From positions 1 through 37,622 of IMG/VR virus record IMGVR_UViG_3300037046_000298: DNA of 37,622 bases; one strand, given 5' to 3'. Origin of the DNA: a virus (lineage: Duplodnaviria > Caudoviricetes). Both the position numbers and the translations under genes were made by a program. This document shows, piece by piece, positions 24,297-33,096 of this stretch (within the stretch, counting starts at the first letter, position 1; the number at the start of each line of letters is the position of its first letter). The notes under the pieces were generated by a model. That model saw only the letters and a list, made by a program, of their open reading frames with translations, did no database searches and was not told where the DNA came from.

Positions 24297-25109
24297 ATGC
24301 AAGCCATCCGAAGGGCCGAAGGCCGAAGCGTCGACTACACGCCGTCCGGGGCCGTCTCGGCCGGAGACGTCGTCATACAGGGGCCGCTGGTGGGCATCGC
24401 CCCGCTGGACATTGCCGCCGCCGCCCTGGGCGCCCTGCAACTGGAGGGCGTGTTCGACGTCGTCCAGGCGGCCGTGACGTTCACGGCGGGCCAGGCGGTC
24501 TACTGGGACGCCGACGGCAACCCGGTGGGCGGGACGGGGGGTTCGGGCGCGGCCGCCGAAAGTGCGACCGGCAACACGTTCATGGGGTTCGCGCTGGCCG
24601 CGACGGAGGCGACGGACACGACCGTCCGCGTCGCGCTTCGCAGCGTCGAGGCGTCCGCCGCCGAGGCCCTGTCCCTCGAGGACCTGGGCGACGTGGGCGA
24701 GGTCGCGTACACCGCCGGCCGCATCCTCGTCGCCGACGGCGACTCTTACGAGGATCAGGCGCTCTCAGGGCCTCTGACCCTCTCCGGCGCGGGCGTCGTG
24801 GGCGTGGCCTCGGCCACGGTCGCCGCCGACGGAAGCGACCAGTCGGACGCCGCCGCCGTCGCTGAGGGCTTCACGCTCGTCAGCGCGGCCAACGCCACCA
24901 AGGGCGTCAAGTTGCCCGCCGCCGCCGCCGGCAAGATGTGCATCATCAAGAACGGCGCAAACGCGGTCCTCAAAATCTGGCCCAACACTGACGACGCGAT
25001 CAACGCCCTCGCCGCGAACGGCAGCCTGGACATCGCGGCGTATACATCCGTCATCCTGGTCGCGTACAACGCCGTGACGTGGTACACGATCCCGCTGCTG
25101 CCGTCGTAA
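24297..25109 (+). CDS. DUF2190-like capsid cement/decoration protein with fibre-like C-terminal extension
   Basis: G.SVDYTP..AVSAGDVV..G.LVGIA..DIAA..LGAL..EGVF..AGQAVYWD, then LEDLGDV and a beta-rich tip. Confidence 0.75.
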   Translation: MQAIRRAEGRSVDYTPSGAVSAGDVVIQGPLVGIAPLDIAAAALGALQLEGVFDVVQAAVTFTAGQAVYWDADGNPVGGTGGSGAAAESATGNTFMGFALAATEATDTTVRVALRSVEASAAEALSLEDLGDVGEVAYTAGRILVADGDSYEDQALSGPLTLSGAGVVGVASATVAADGSDQSDAAAVAEGFTLVSAANATKGVKLPAAAAGKMCIIKNGANAVLKIWPNTDDAINALAANGSLDIAAYTSVILVAYNAVTWYTIPLLPS

Positions 25110-25124
25110 TCATTGCCGCCGCCT

Positions 25125-25171
25125 GAGCCGGGGGCCGGACGGGTTCGCCGCCCGTCCGGCCCGCAAGGCTC
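25125..25171. other. Intergenic GC-rich hairpin without a U-tract
   Basis: Perfect 12-bp stem 25132-25143/25151-25162, extended by gagcc/ggctc. Confidence 0.6.
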
Positions 25172-25210
25172 GCCGCGGTCTCCCCCGTCCGCCGCAGGGA
25201 GGGCCTCGCC

Positions 25211-25576
25211 ATGATACGCACCGGCATGACCTGGCTCGCCGCCGCCCTCAAGGAAAACGAGGGCGAGGGCGTGACGTATCGACGCGGGTCGACGTCGGCC
25301 TCGCTCTCGGCGTGGCGCGGCGAAACGAGCGTCGAGAAGGAAGACCCGGACGGCACGGTCCGCGAGCGCGTTGACCTGGTGGACTGGTGTTTCGTCGCGG
25401 CCGACATGGCCGTCGCGGGCCTCGCTCACCCGCCCCGCGCGGGCGACCGCATAGAGGCCGACGCCGGGACGTTCGAGGTCTACGCCCCGACCGGCGTGCC
25501 CGCATGGTCGTATGATGATGCGTATCGGCAGATTCTCAGGGTCCACAGCCGCCTGGTCGAGGAGGCCGCCGCATGA
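25211..25576 (+). CDS. Head-tail adaptor/closure protein
   Basis: VTYRRG..P.AGDRI....FEV..P.G.PAW.Y.D.YR..LRVHS; position after the head genes. Confidence 0.65.
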   Translation: MIRTGMTWLAAALKENEGEGVTYRRGSTSASLSAWRGETSVEKEDPDGTVRERVDLVDWCFVAADMAVAGLAHPPRAGDRIEADAGTFEVYAPTGVPAWSYDDAYRQILRVHSRLVEEAAA

Positions 25577-25800
25577 GAGACGCGCCCGGACCCGTCCCCG
25601 TTCCGCTGCCTGAGTACGTCGCGTCCATCGCGGACCGGGCGGCCCAGCGGGTGATCGACCAGCACGTCCTCACGTGCGGCGCTCCGCGCGCGGTCCAGGC
25701 CCTCCAGGTCCGGTTCGCCACGCTCGTGGGCTATATGCTCGGGGCGGCCGGCGGGGGCGGCGTCACGGTCTACACGCTCATCCGCCTGTTGGGGGTCTGA
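25573..25800 (+). CDS. Small protein with a C-terminal TM (holin-like?)
   Basis: 75 aa; hydrophobic C-terminus FATLVGYMLGAAGGGGVTVYTLI. Confidence 0.5.
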   Translation: MRDAPGPVPVPLPEYVASIADRAAQRVIDQHVLTCGAPRAVQALQVRFATLVGYMLGAAGGGGVTVYTLIRLLGV

Positions 25801-26252
25801 TGGTGGCGACGCCTCGCATAATCCAGGCGTGCGACGCGGTTCTCGGGGCGCTTGTCGCGCGGGCGTGGTCGCTCCCCGTCAAGGCGGCCCGGCGGCTGAC
25901 GTGGCCGGAAACGTCGACGCAGGCGCTGGGCGACGCGCTGCACCTCTGGATCGTCCCGGCCGGCCGCGAGTCGAGCATCCTGGACCGGTCGCGAGTCCAG
26001 GAGATCGTCGGCGTTCAGGCCGCCCTCGTGAGGGCGCTGGGGGCCGACCCGGCCGTCCACGAGCGGATCGCCGCCGACGTGATCGCCGTGTCCGAGGAAA
26101 TGATGGACCACCTGCGGTCAATGCGGACGCTCTCGACGGACCCGTACATCGCGTGGGCGGGCGACATGCAGCCCGCCCCGTACAACGAGCAGCGGCTGGC
26201 CCAGGGGACGCTGGTCGTCGGGTGGATGATGAATCTCAGGATGGTGATATGA
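25800..26252 (+). CDS. Putative tail terminator/completion protein
   Basis: 150 aa; IVP.GRE...LDR..VQ..VGVQ pattern; gene order. Confidence 0.5.
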   Translation: MVATPRIIQACDAVLGALVARAWSLPVKAARRLTWPETSTQALGDALHLWIVPAGRESSILDRSRVQEIVGVQAALVRALGADPAVHERIAADVIAVSEEMMDHLRSMRTLSTDPYIAWAGDMQPAPYNEQRLAQGTLVVGWMMNLRMVI

Positions 26253-26989
26253 GGCCGTTTGCAATATATCCCGATTCGTTCGGCGGCCGGACGCTCGGTT
26301 ACTGGCGGCCGGGCGAACGCGGCGGTCTGCTCGACTCCGTCGTTGCCGGCGGGCCGACGCTGGCGCCGACGGGCGACGTGACGTGGGGCGGCGACGGCTG
26401 GCGTCTTGGCGAGGGCGGATACCTGTGGGCCGCCCTGCCGACGTGGGCGGCAGCGCAGCCGACGCTTACGTGGGAGGCGTGGCTGCGCGACTGGCGCAAC
26501 GTCGCCGACGACGCCGGATACGTCCTCTGGCTCTACCAGCCGGCGGCGTCAACCAATCGCATGGAGATATGGCTGCGGACGGGCGCGACGCCTCGCATCG
26601 CGGCCATCGAGAGAATCGCCGGGACGGCGGTCGGCAGCGCGACGTGGGTGGACGGTGCGGCCGTCGCCTCCCTGTTGGCTTCGCCGCAGCCGTTGCACGT
26701 GGCGGTCGTCCTGGACTCGCCGGCACGGCTGACGCTCTACGTCAACGGGGTGGCGGTCGCCCAGGACACGACGAACATCGCCGACCTGCCGTCCGGCGAC
26801 TGGAGACTACAGGTCGGTGTGGCGGGCACGTCCGCCCTCGTCGTCGTGGACGAGATACGCCTGTCGTCGGCAGCGCGGTACTCGGCGGCGTTCACGCCGG
26901 TGCGCTACGCGTGGGGCGAACGGGCGTGCCCGTCCTACGGCCGGCAGCCGGGGCCGGGCGAACTTGTGGGCGGAGCGGTCTGGGGATAG
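26249..26989 (+). CDS. LamG/concanavalin-like jelly-roll protein
   Basis: TLGYW, LTWEAWLR, HVAVV..LTLYVNGV, VDEIRLSS.ARY...FTP. Confidence 0.8.
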   Translation: MRPFAIYPDSFGGRTLGYWRPGERGGLLDSVVAGGPTLAPTGDVTWGGDGWRLGEGGYLWAALPTWAAAQPTLTWEAWLRDWRNVADDAGYVLWLYQPAASTNRMEIWLRTGATPRIAAIERIAGTAVGSATWVDGAAVASLLASPQPLHVAVVLDSPARLTLYVNGVAVAQDTTNIADLPSGDWRLQVGVAGTSALVVVDEIRLSSAARYSAAFTPVRYAWGERACPSYGRQPGPGELVGGAVWG

Positions 26990-26999
26990 GAGGCAAGCG

Positions 27000-27239
27000 A
27001 TGGCGCTGTTTGCGGACTACGAGAAACGGGCGTCACTGGCCGCCCTGCATCGGCGGGTCGAGCAGGCCAGGGACTCGCTCGTCCAGGCGACGGCGACGTT
27101 TGTCGACGCCTACCAGGCGTCCGACGCCGCCGACAAGGCCGTCTGCGAGGCGGCGGTGGCGGATATCAGGGCGAGCCTCGCCCCGGCCGCTTTGGCTGCG
27201 GCCGTCCAGGCGGAACGCGACAAGCGCAAGGCGGTCTGA
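27000..27239 (+). CDS. Small helical hypothetical protein
   Basis: AGGAGG RBS; 79 aa. Confidence 0.6.
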   Translation: MALFADYEKRASLAALHRRVEQARDSLVQATATFVDAYQASDAADKAVCEAAVADIRASLAPAALAAAVQAERDKRKAV

Positions 27240-27241
27240 CC

Positions 27242-28450
27242 ATGTACCTGCTCGACACATTGACAGACGTTTACAACCTCGCCGCGTCGGCCGATATCTA
27301 CGACGGCTACGCGGGCGGCCTGTCCGGCTACCGGGGCTGGATCGTCGTCAACATCAACATGGGCGACGTCACAAACCCGCTGACCGGAACGACCGGCACG
27401 TTCACATGTGAAGCCAGGACGGCCAACGAACAGCGGCTGCTCGGCCAGACCACCGTCTTCGTCAGCAGCCCCGGCGGCGAGGCATCGTTCGCTTTCCGGT
27501 TCTTCTGCGATTTTTCGCTCCAGGAGGAAGACGGGCAGGGCATCACCATCAAACTGCAATCATCCGTCGCGGGCGATACCGCCGCGGCGGTGACAGTCAA
27601 CATTTTCGCCGAAGGAACCCAGACTGCCAGCGACTTCGATTCCACGGCCCAATCTGCCCTGAAAGCAACCGCGGTCGGTCTGACTACGCAGGGTAAGGCG
27701 GACGTTCAGGCGGCCATGACCAGTCAGGGCGTGACGACGGGCCGCGCCGCATTGCTCGACAACCTCGACGCCGCCATCACGAGCCGCGAGGCGTCCGGGG
27801 CGGCGTCCGCCGCCGCCTCCGCCCTCGAATCGCACGGCGACTCCGAGTGGGCCACCGCAACCGGCTTCGCCGTCGCCGGCGACGCCATGACGCTCGCCGC
27901 CGGTGCAATCGTCGCCGGGTCGTTCGGCGCGGGCGTGTTGCCGACGAACTTCGCCGCGCAGGTCATTTCCGCCGCAGGCGTCGTCCGGGCGACCAACACC
28001 GCCGACGCGGCCCTGGCGACCGCCTCGGCCCTCGCGGCCGTCGCCGCCAAGACCTCGCTCATCACCACGGCGGGCCTGCACGTCCTGGGGGCCGTCACGG
28101 GCGGGAGGCTACAGGTCGTGCGCGGCGACACGTACAGCGCCGCCACGGGCGGGACGCTCGCCGTCACGATACCCGACTACGCCGGGCCGGACGTTGACGG
28201 GGCGACGCTCGACCTGGGCATCGGCCCCGCGCCGGACGGCACGCCCGCCTCGGCCGAGGGCACGGCCGTTGCGACGATGAGCGGCGCGGACCTGGTCCTT
28301 GCGATCACGCTGGACCTGGCCGACGCGAACCTCGACCCGTCCGCCGAGTACATATTCACGCTCTCTCGCGATTACGAGGGCGGTGACAAACGAACAGTCG
28401 TCGTCGGATGGGCCGAAGTGCTCGCCGACGTGCCGGCGACCTCAACTTGA
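27242..28450 (+). CDS. Putative virion structural/fibre protein
   Basis: Ala/Thr/Gly-rich; NLDAAITSR, WATATGF..GDAMTL; C-terminal VRGDTY beta domain. Confidence 0.55.
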   Translation: MYLLDTLTDVYNLAASADIYDGYAGGLSGYRGWIVVNINMGDVTNPLTGTTGTFTCEARTANEQRLLGQTTVFVSSPGGEASFAFRFFCDFSLQEEDGQGITIKLQSSVAGDTAAAVTVNIFAEGTQTASDFDSTAQSALKATAVGLTTQGKADVQAAMTSQGVTTGRAALLDNLDAAITSREASGAASAAASALESHGDSEWATATGFAVAGDAMTLAAGAIVAGSFGAGVLPTNFAAQVISAAGVVRATNTADAALATASALAAVAAKTSLITTAGLHVLGAVTGGRLQVVRGDTYSAATGGTLAVTIPDYAGPDVDGATLDLGIGPAPDGTPASAEGTAVATMSGADLVLAITLDLADANLDPSAEYIFTLSRDYEGGDKRTVVVGWAEVLADVPATST

Positions 28451-28462
28451 AAGGATTGACAA

Positions 28463-29239
28463 ATGAGCATCAAACAGGGCGATCAGATGAAGTTGTACTA
28501 CTGCGAGGCCGGCATCGGCGGCACGCCCGTCTGGACGGAGGTCGCCATCGTCAAGGACGTGACATATGACGACTCCAAGAGCGAGATCGACGTGACCACC
28601 CGCGCCGCCGGCCGCTGGAAACAGACGATCAGCGGCATGAGGGAGGCCGCAATCGAGTTCGAGATTCTCTGGGACGCCGCCGTCGCGGGGTTCCTCGCCC
28701 TCCAGGACGCCTACAACGACGACGCGCTCATCGGCCTGGCCGTGGCGGACGGCGCCATCGCCACGTCGGGGACGCACTACTTCATGGCCGACTGCGAAAT
28801 CCTCAAGTTCGCCCGCAGCGAGCCGCTCGACGGCGTCGTCACGGTCTCCGTGACGGCCAAGCCGACGTACTCCGCCAACACGCCCACCGTCGGCGTCGTG
28901 GGCGCGACGACTCAACAGTCCTCGTTCAGGCTGACCCTCGTCGCCGGGGCGGGCAGCGTTGACCTGACAAACCTCGCCGGGGACGTTGACGGCACGGGCC
29001 AGGCCGTGGTCGTGCTCAGGGTCACGAACAACGGCGCCAACGCACTGGCGATCTCCAAGGGCGTGGCCAACGGCTACGGCCTGCTCTCGGACGACAGCGA
29101 CATCGTCATCGACGCCGGCGGGTCCGTCGCCCTCACGCTGGGCGCCTCGGACACCGTCGCAAGCGACGTGAAAATCCTGGACGTGGCCGGCACGCTCGTC
29201 CAGACGTCCGACTGGGAGATCGTCCTCGAGACGCCGTAA
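28463..29239 (+). CDS. Major tail (tube) protein with extra C-terminal beta domain
   Basis: G..MKLYY....WTEV..VKDVT....EIDVTTRA...W.....G.RE..IEFE.LWD..F.RSEPL..V.TVSVTAKPT. Confidence 0.85.
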   Translation: MSIKQGDQMKLYYCEAGIGGTPVWTEVAIVKDVTYDDSKSEIDVTTRAAGRWKQTISGMREAAIEFEILWDAAVAGFLALQDAYNDDALIGLAVADGAIATSGTHYFMADCEILKFARSEPLDGVVTVSVTAKPTYSANTPTVGVVGATTQQSSFRLTLVAGAGSVDLTNLAGDVDGTGQAVVVLRVTNNGANALAISKGVANGYGLLSDDSDIVIDAGGSVALTLGASDTVASDVKILDVAGTLVQTSDWEIVLETP

Positions 29240-29272
29240 GACGGCGCGTGACGGGGACGGACAGGAAGGGGA

Positions 29273-29749
29273 TTGCCAGTGGCCGGGTTCACCGACGACG
29301 CGGGCCGCCAGTGGGACGTGCGGATAACCATCGGCGTATGCCGACGTGTTGCCGAACGCCTGGGCGTCTACCTGATGCAGGCGGGGGGCGACCTTGCCGA
29401 CCGCCTGATGGACGACGCCGCCCTCGTGGCCGACGTGCTGTGGGCGATACTTGAGGCGCAGGCCGTTGAGCGCAAGGTCACGCGCGAGGCGTTTGACGAG
29501 GCCCTGACCGGCCGGACGCTGGGGGCGGCGCAAAACGCCCTCTGGGAGGCCCTGCTGGATTTTATCCCGCCGGCCCGCCGCGCGGAGGCGACGGGCCGGC
29601 TGCTGGCAAGGGACTCGACGACGATCAGGTGGATCGAGGCGGGGCGGGCCGTGATCGCCGCGGCCGCGTCGCAGACGACGGCGGGGGAGGATGGGAGCGG
29701 TTCGTCGCCGACGCCGCCGGCATCCTCGGATTCGATCCCGGCGCCCTGA
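29273..29749 (+). CDS. Tail assembly chaperone (G-like)
   Basis: FTDDAGRQW.V.ITI....LMDD..L..DVLW....E.FDEAL.G..L..A..AL.E.L.DF; follows the major tail gene. Confidence 0.7.
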   Translation: MPVAGFTDDAGRQWDVRITIGVCRRVAERLGVYLMQAGGDLADRLMDDAALVADVLWAILEAQAVERKVTREAFDEALTGRTLGAAQNALWEALLDFIPPARRAEATGRLLARDSTTIRWIEAGRAVIAAAASQTTAGEDGSGSSPTPPASSDSIPAP

Positions 29750-30003
29750 CGCTCCGCGAGTGCGTGTGGGCGGTCGACGCCCGCCAGCGCGCCGCCTGGA
29801 ACCACACGGCCGCGATGATGGCGCTGGTCGCCAACTGCAACCGCGACCCGAAGCGTCGGCCGAGGCCGTTTGAGCCGCGGGACTTTCACCCGATGGTCGA
29901 TGTGCGGCGACGGTCGCCGCGAGGCCAGGTTCTGACGCCGCAGAACTTCATAAGCGTGCTCGGGCGGCTGTGCCGCCGCCCGCCAAAACGCAAAGGAGTC
30001 TGA
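29692..30003 (+). CDS. Tail assembly chaperone T-like segment in the -1 frame (start uncertain)
   Basis: AGILGFDPG.LTLREC..W.HTA.MMAL.AN.NRDPK..RPF.P.DFHP; this frame is open 29497-30003. Confidence 0.65.
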   Translation, partial: WERFVADAAGILGFDPGALTLRECVWAVDARQRAAWNHTAAMMALVANCNRDPKRRPRPFEPRDFHPMVDVRRRSPRGQVLTPQNFISVLGRLCRRPPKRKGV

Positions 30004-30004
30004 T

Positions 30005-31075
30005 ATGCTGGTACATGCCCTTGTTGTCGCCGCCGTCTTTGCGCTGCTCATCTTCGCCGTCGCCCCGGCCTTCGGCCAGGACGCGGCCGCCGCGACCAAT
30101 GACGTACAGGTCGGCCTGATCACGGACCCCGGCGTGGTGCCGGAGGCCCTCCAGGTGGCAATCGTGCCCCTCCTGCTCGCCGCGATATTCGCGCTCAAAC
30201 AGACGCCCATGTTTGCATACGATGCGGAGACCGACTCGCACCGCAACGGCTGGACCTTGCCGTGGCTCGGCCTGGGGGCGGCCATCGGCCTGGTCATCCT
30301 CTGGTATCGGGCGTTCCCCGCGGCGGAGGCCGTCCCCCTCATGCGGCAGGTGTTCTACGGCCTGGGCGTCGGGGCCGGCGTCGTGTTCGGCCACAAGGCG
30401 ATCACGCAGCCTGTCGCCGGTCTGGCCGCCAAGGCCCTCGTGTCGCTCATCATCGGGGGCCTCAGCCTCGCCTGCGTCACGGGTTGCGGGCAAATGACCG
30501 CCCGCGACCAGTACGGGGCGATCCTCGTGGAGTACCGGGCCGCGCTCGATGCGACGCAACTGGCCGCCGAGGCGGACCTTCTGTCTCCCGACGAACTCCG
30601 GCACACAATCGCCATCATGGACGCGGCCAACGTGACGATTGCACACATCAAGATTGCCGTCGAACAGGGCGACGAACTGACGTGCGCCGATTACCTGGAC
30701 ATACTGTCGCGACTCGTCCTGCAACTGGCCCGCTACGGCAGCCGCGTGCCCGTGCCCGACCCGTTGTCCCTGCCTCCCGCGCCCGCCGCCTCGCCTCCCG
30801 CCGCCCCGTCCGAGCCGACGCTGGCCCTGCCGCGGGACGTGACGATACAGGCGGGCGGCGACCCGCTCTCGTGGGCAATCGCCGCCTCGATGCTCATGCA
30901 ACTGATCGCACAGTGCGTGCGACTGCTCGAACATATCAAGCGGCGCCTGACTCCGGAGGGGGTCGCCCAACTGGAGGCGGACCTTGCCGCGCAGGACGCC
31001 GCGACCCGGAAGGCTATTGCCGACAGCATCGCCCGCCAGGAAGGCACGCCGCCGCCGGCGCCCCCCGCAACCTGA
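30005..31075 (+). CDS. Multi-TM holin-like protein fused to an internal lipobox and helical domains
   Basis: Signal-like N-terminus, about 3 TM segments, LSLACVTGC (Cys161), helical region, Pro linker, amphipathic C-terminal helix. Confidence 0.55.
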   Translation: MLVHALVVAAVFALLIFAVAPAFGQDAAAATNDVQVGLITDPGVVPEALQVAIVPLLLAAIFALKQTPMFAYDAETDSHRNGWTLPWLGLGAAIGLVILWYRAFPAAEAVPLMRQVFYGLGVGAGVVFGHKAITQPVAGLAAKALVSLIIGGLSLACVTGCGQMTARDQYGAILVEYRAALDATQLAAEADLLSPDELRHTIAIMDAANVTIAHIKIAVEQGDELTCADYLDILSRLVLQLARYGSRVPVPDPLSLPPAPAASPPAAPSEPTLALPRDVTIQAGGDPLSWAIAASMLMQLIAQCVRLLEHIKRRLTPEGVAQLEADLAAQDAATRKAIADSIARQEGTPPPAPPAT

Positions 31076-31092
31076 GCAAGGAGACGCCTCGC

Positions 31093-31758
31093 ATGAAGAC
31101 GCCCGGCAGCCGGAGCATCGTGTGGCGCGTCAAGTCGTCGTTTTTCGACGCGCCCGCAATGCAGGCCGCGCTCGGGGCCGTCATGCACTCGTTCCTCGGC
31201 GCAAGCGGGGCGATGATCCAAAAGATCGCACAACGGTCTATGCGTTACCGGGGCCCGTACTCGCACTCTCCGGCGGGCAACCCGCCGTTCGCCCACAAAG
31301 GCAAGCGCGGCCCCTTGCTTCGCGAGATGCTGTTCTTCGGCATCGATCCTGGCAACATGGGCCTCGTGGTCGGGCCCATACGTTTCGGCATCCGGCCCGT
31401 GCCCGCGATGCACGAGGTGGGCGGCCGATACCGCATAGCCAACCCGCGCCGCAGGCTTCGCCGCGTGGGCGACGCGGGCGAGATTCGCATCGTCGAGACG
31501 GCCGCCCCGGGCGACTTCGCGGCCATGCCAGGCGTCGAGCGGGGTATGATTCGTTCGGCGGTCTACGCTCGCCTCCGGACGCCCGCCCAGGCCCGCCGCG
31601 CAACCCGCATCAACCGCGAACTCTACGGCGACTCCCACGTCGTCGCCGATTACCCGGCCCGGCCGTACATGGCCCCGGCCAAACGGATATACGACGAGCG
31701 TTACCGGGAGCGATTACTCGCCCAGGCGATGCGCCGGTTCGGTCGGAGGAGTGCATAG
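31093..31758 (+). CDS. Tail completion/neck protein (HK97 gp10-like)
   Basis: FFD....S.AG.PP.AH.G..LR..LFF..D....VVGP..HEVGG....YPARPYMAPA; AAGGAG RBS. Confidence 0.7.
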   Translation: MKTPGSRSIVWRVKSSFFDAPAMQAALGAVMHSFLGASGAMIQKIAQRSMRYRGPYSHSPAGNPPFAHKGKRGPLLREMLFFGIDPGNMGLVVGPIRFGIRPVPAMHEVGGRYRIANPRRRLRRVGDAGEIRIVETAAPGDFAAMPGVERGMIRSAVYARLRTPAQARRATRINRELYGDSHVVADYPARPYMAPAKRIYDERYRERLLAQAMRRFGRRSA

Positions 31759-31760
31759 AT

Positions 31761-33086
31761 ATGGCGACCCCTTCACAGATTCGGGCCGGCGGCGCGTCCG
31801 TCGAAATCCGCGTGGACGGCGCCACGTTCCAGCAGGACCTCCGCCTTGCCGAGGCGAACCTCAAGCAGTGGGGCAACCGCCTCCAGGCCGCCGCCCCGCC
31901 CGGCGGCGCGGACGAGTTCTTCGGCGGAGTGACCGGCAAGATTCTGCGGGCGAACTATATCGGCCGCGCCGCGAGCGGGGCCATGTTGGCGACCGCCGCC
32001 GCCGCCAAGGCGCTCCAAGGCGATATGCTTGGCGTCGTGGACACGCTGTCGCACCTGCCCGGCGGGTTTGGGGCGGTCGTCACCGCGACCCGCACCATGA
32101 CCGAGGCGATCATGGAGGCCCGCGACCATTTCGGCCGGTTCCAGAAGGTTCTTGCGGACCAGGACCGCTTCGCCTTGGGGCTGCGCAACATCGCCGTGAT
32201 GGCGGGCCAGGGCGCGCGCGAGGGCCTGCTGGCCGACGCCGCTCCGCAGGACCGGGAGCGGCTACAGGCGTTCGACTACGCCCGCCGGGCGCGCGAGGCC
32301 GTGGCGGAGCGGGCGGCGCTTTCCGGCATCGACATGAGTCATGCCGAGGTCCAGCGGGCGTTCGATGAAATCGACAAGGAACTCCAGCGTCGCCTCAAGA
32401 AGATCGAGGAAGACGCGGGCGACGCCGCCGCCAAGGTGTTGAGCGACAGGCAAACCAAGGACGAGGGCCAGGCGGCCGCCGCGAGGGACGCCGCGGAGAT
32501 CGCGGCCGCATGGACGGACGTTGAAAAGGTCGCGGTCCGCACGCGGCAGGAGGCGGCGAAAGAGGGATGGTCGCCGAAACGATACCTGGAGATTCTTGAT
32601 TACCGTCTCGAGGAAGTCAGGCAGACGCGGCTCGCCGCCGAGGCGCAGGCCGAACTCAACGACCTCTTCGCCGCCGGCGAGGCCGCCGCCAAGGCGATGC
32701 TCGCCGCCGCCGTCGAGGGCGTGGAGGCCGACGCCGCCCGCTATGACGAGGCCGCCCGCGTCATGGAGTCCGTGATGACGCCGGAAGAACGGGCGGCGGA
32801 GGAGGTGGAACGCCTCCAGGCGATGCGCGACGACGGCCTCATCGACGAGGACACCCTCGCGCGGGCCGTCCGCAAACAGGTTGAGGCCGTGGCGTCCGCG
32901 CTCCCGGAGGCGCTCGTGCCGTCGATGCAGGCCAAGGGCACGCTCTCCGCGTTCGAGGCCGTGTTCGGGGGCGTCAGCCAGGGCGGCGTGCAGGACCGTA
33001 TCGCCGCGGCCACCGCCGCCACGGCCCGCAACACGGAGCGAATGGTCGAGGCCGCCGAGAAACTCGGCGTCACGTACCAGCCGTAA
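31761..33086 (+). CDS. Tape measure protein (short, 441 aa)
   Basis: IRAGGASVEI N-terminus, long Ala/Glu helices, VMTPEE, C-terminal RIAAAT..TARNT. Confidence 0.75.
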   Translation: MATPSQIRAGGASVEIRVDGATFQQDLRLAEANLKQWGNRLQAAAPPGGADEFFGGVTGKILRANYIGRAASGAMLATAAAAKALQGDMLGVVDTLSHLPGGFGAVVTATRTMTEAIMEARDHFGRFQKVLADQDRFALGLRNIAVMAGQGAREGLLADAAPQDRERLQAFDYARRAREAVAERAALSGIDMSHAEVQRAFDEIDKELQRRLKKIEEDAGDAAAKVLSDRQTKDEGQAAAARDAAEIAAAWTDVEKVAVRTRQEAAKEGWSPKRYLEILDYRLEEVRQTRLAAEAQAELNDLFAAGEAAAKAMLAAAVEGVEADAARYDEAARVMESVMTPEERAAEEVERLQAMRDDGLIDEDTLARAVRKQVEAVASALPEALVPSMQAKGTLSAFEAVFGGVSQGGVQDRIAAATAATARNTERMVEAAEKLGVTYQP

Positions 33087-33096
33087 GGGGATCACA

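Noticed and set aside
24280-24310. TTGACA hexamers near 24280, 27260 and 28457 as sigma70 promoters
   Set aside because: No plausible -10 element 16-18 bp downstream.
21441-24440. 999-aa - strand ORF and other long antisense or alternate-frame ORFs
   Set aside because: Shadow ORFs expected at this GC content; they overlap well-supported + strand genes and show no recognisable motifs.
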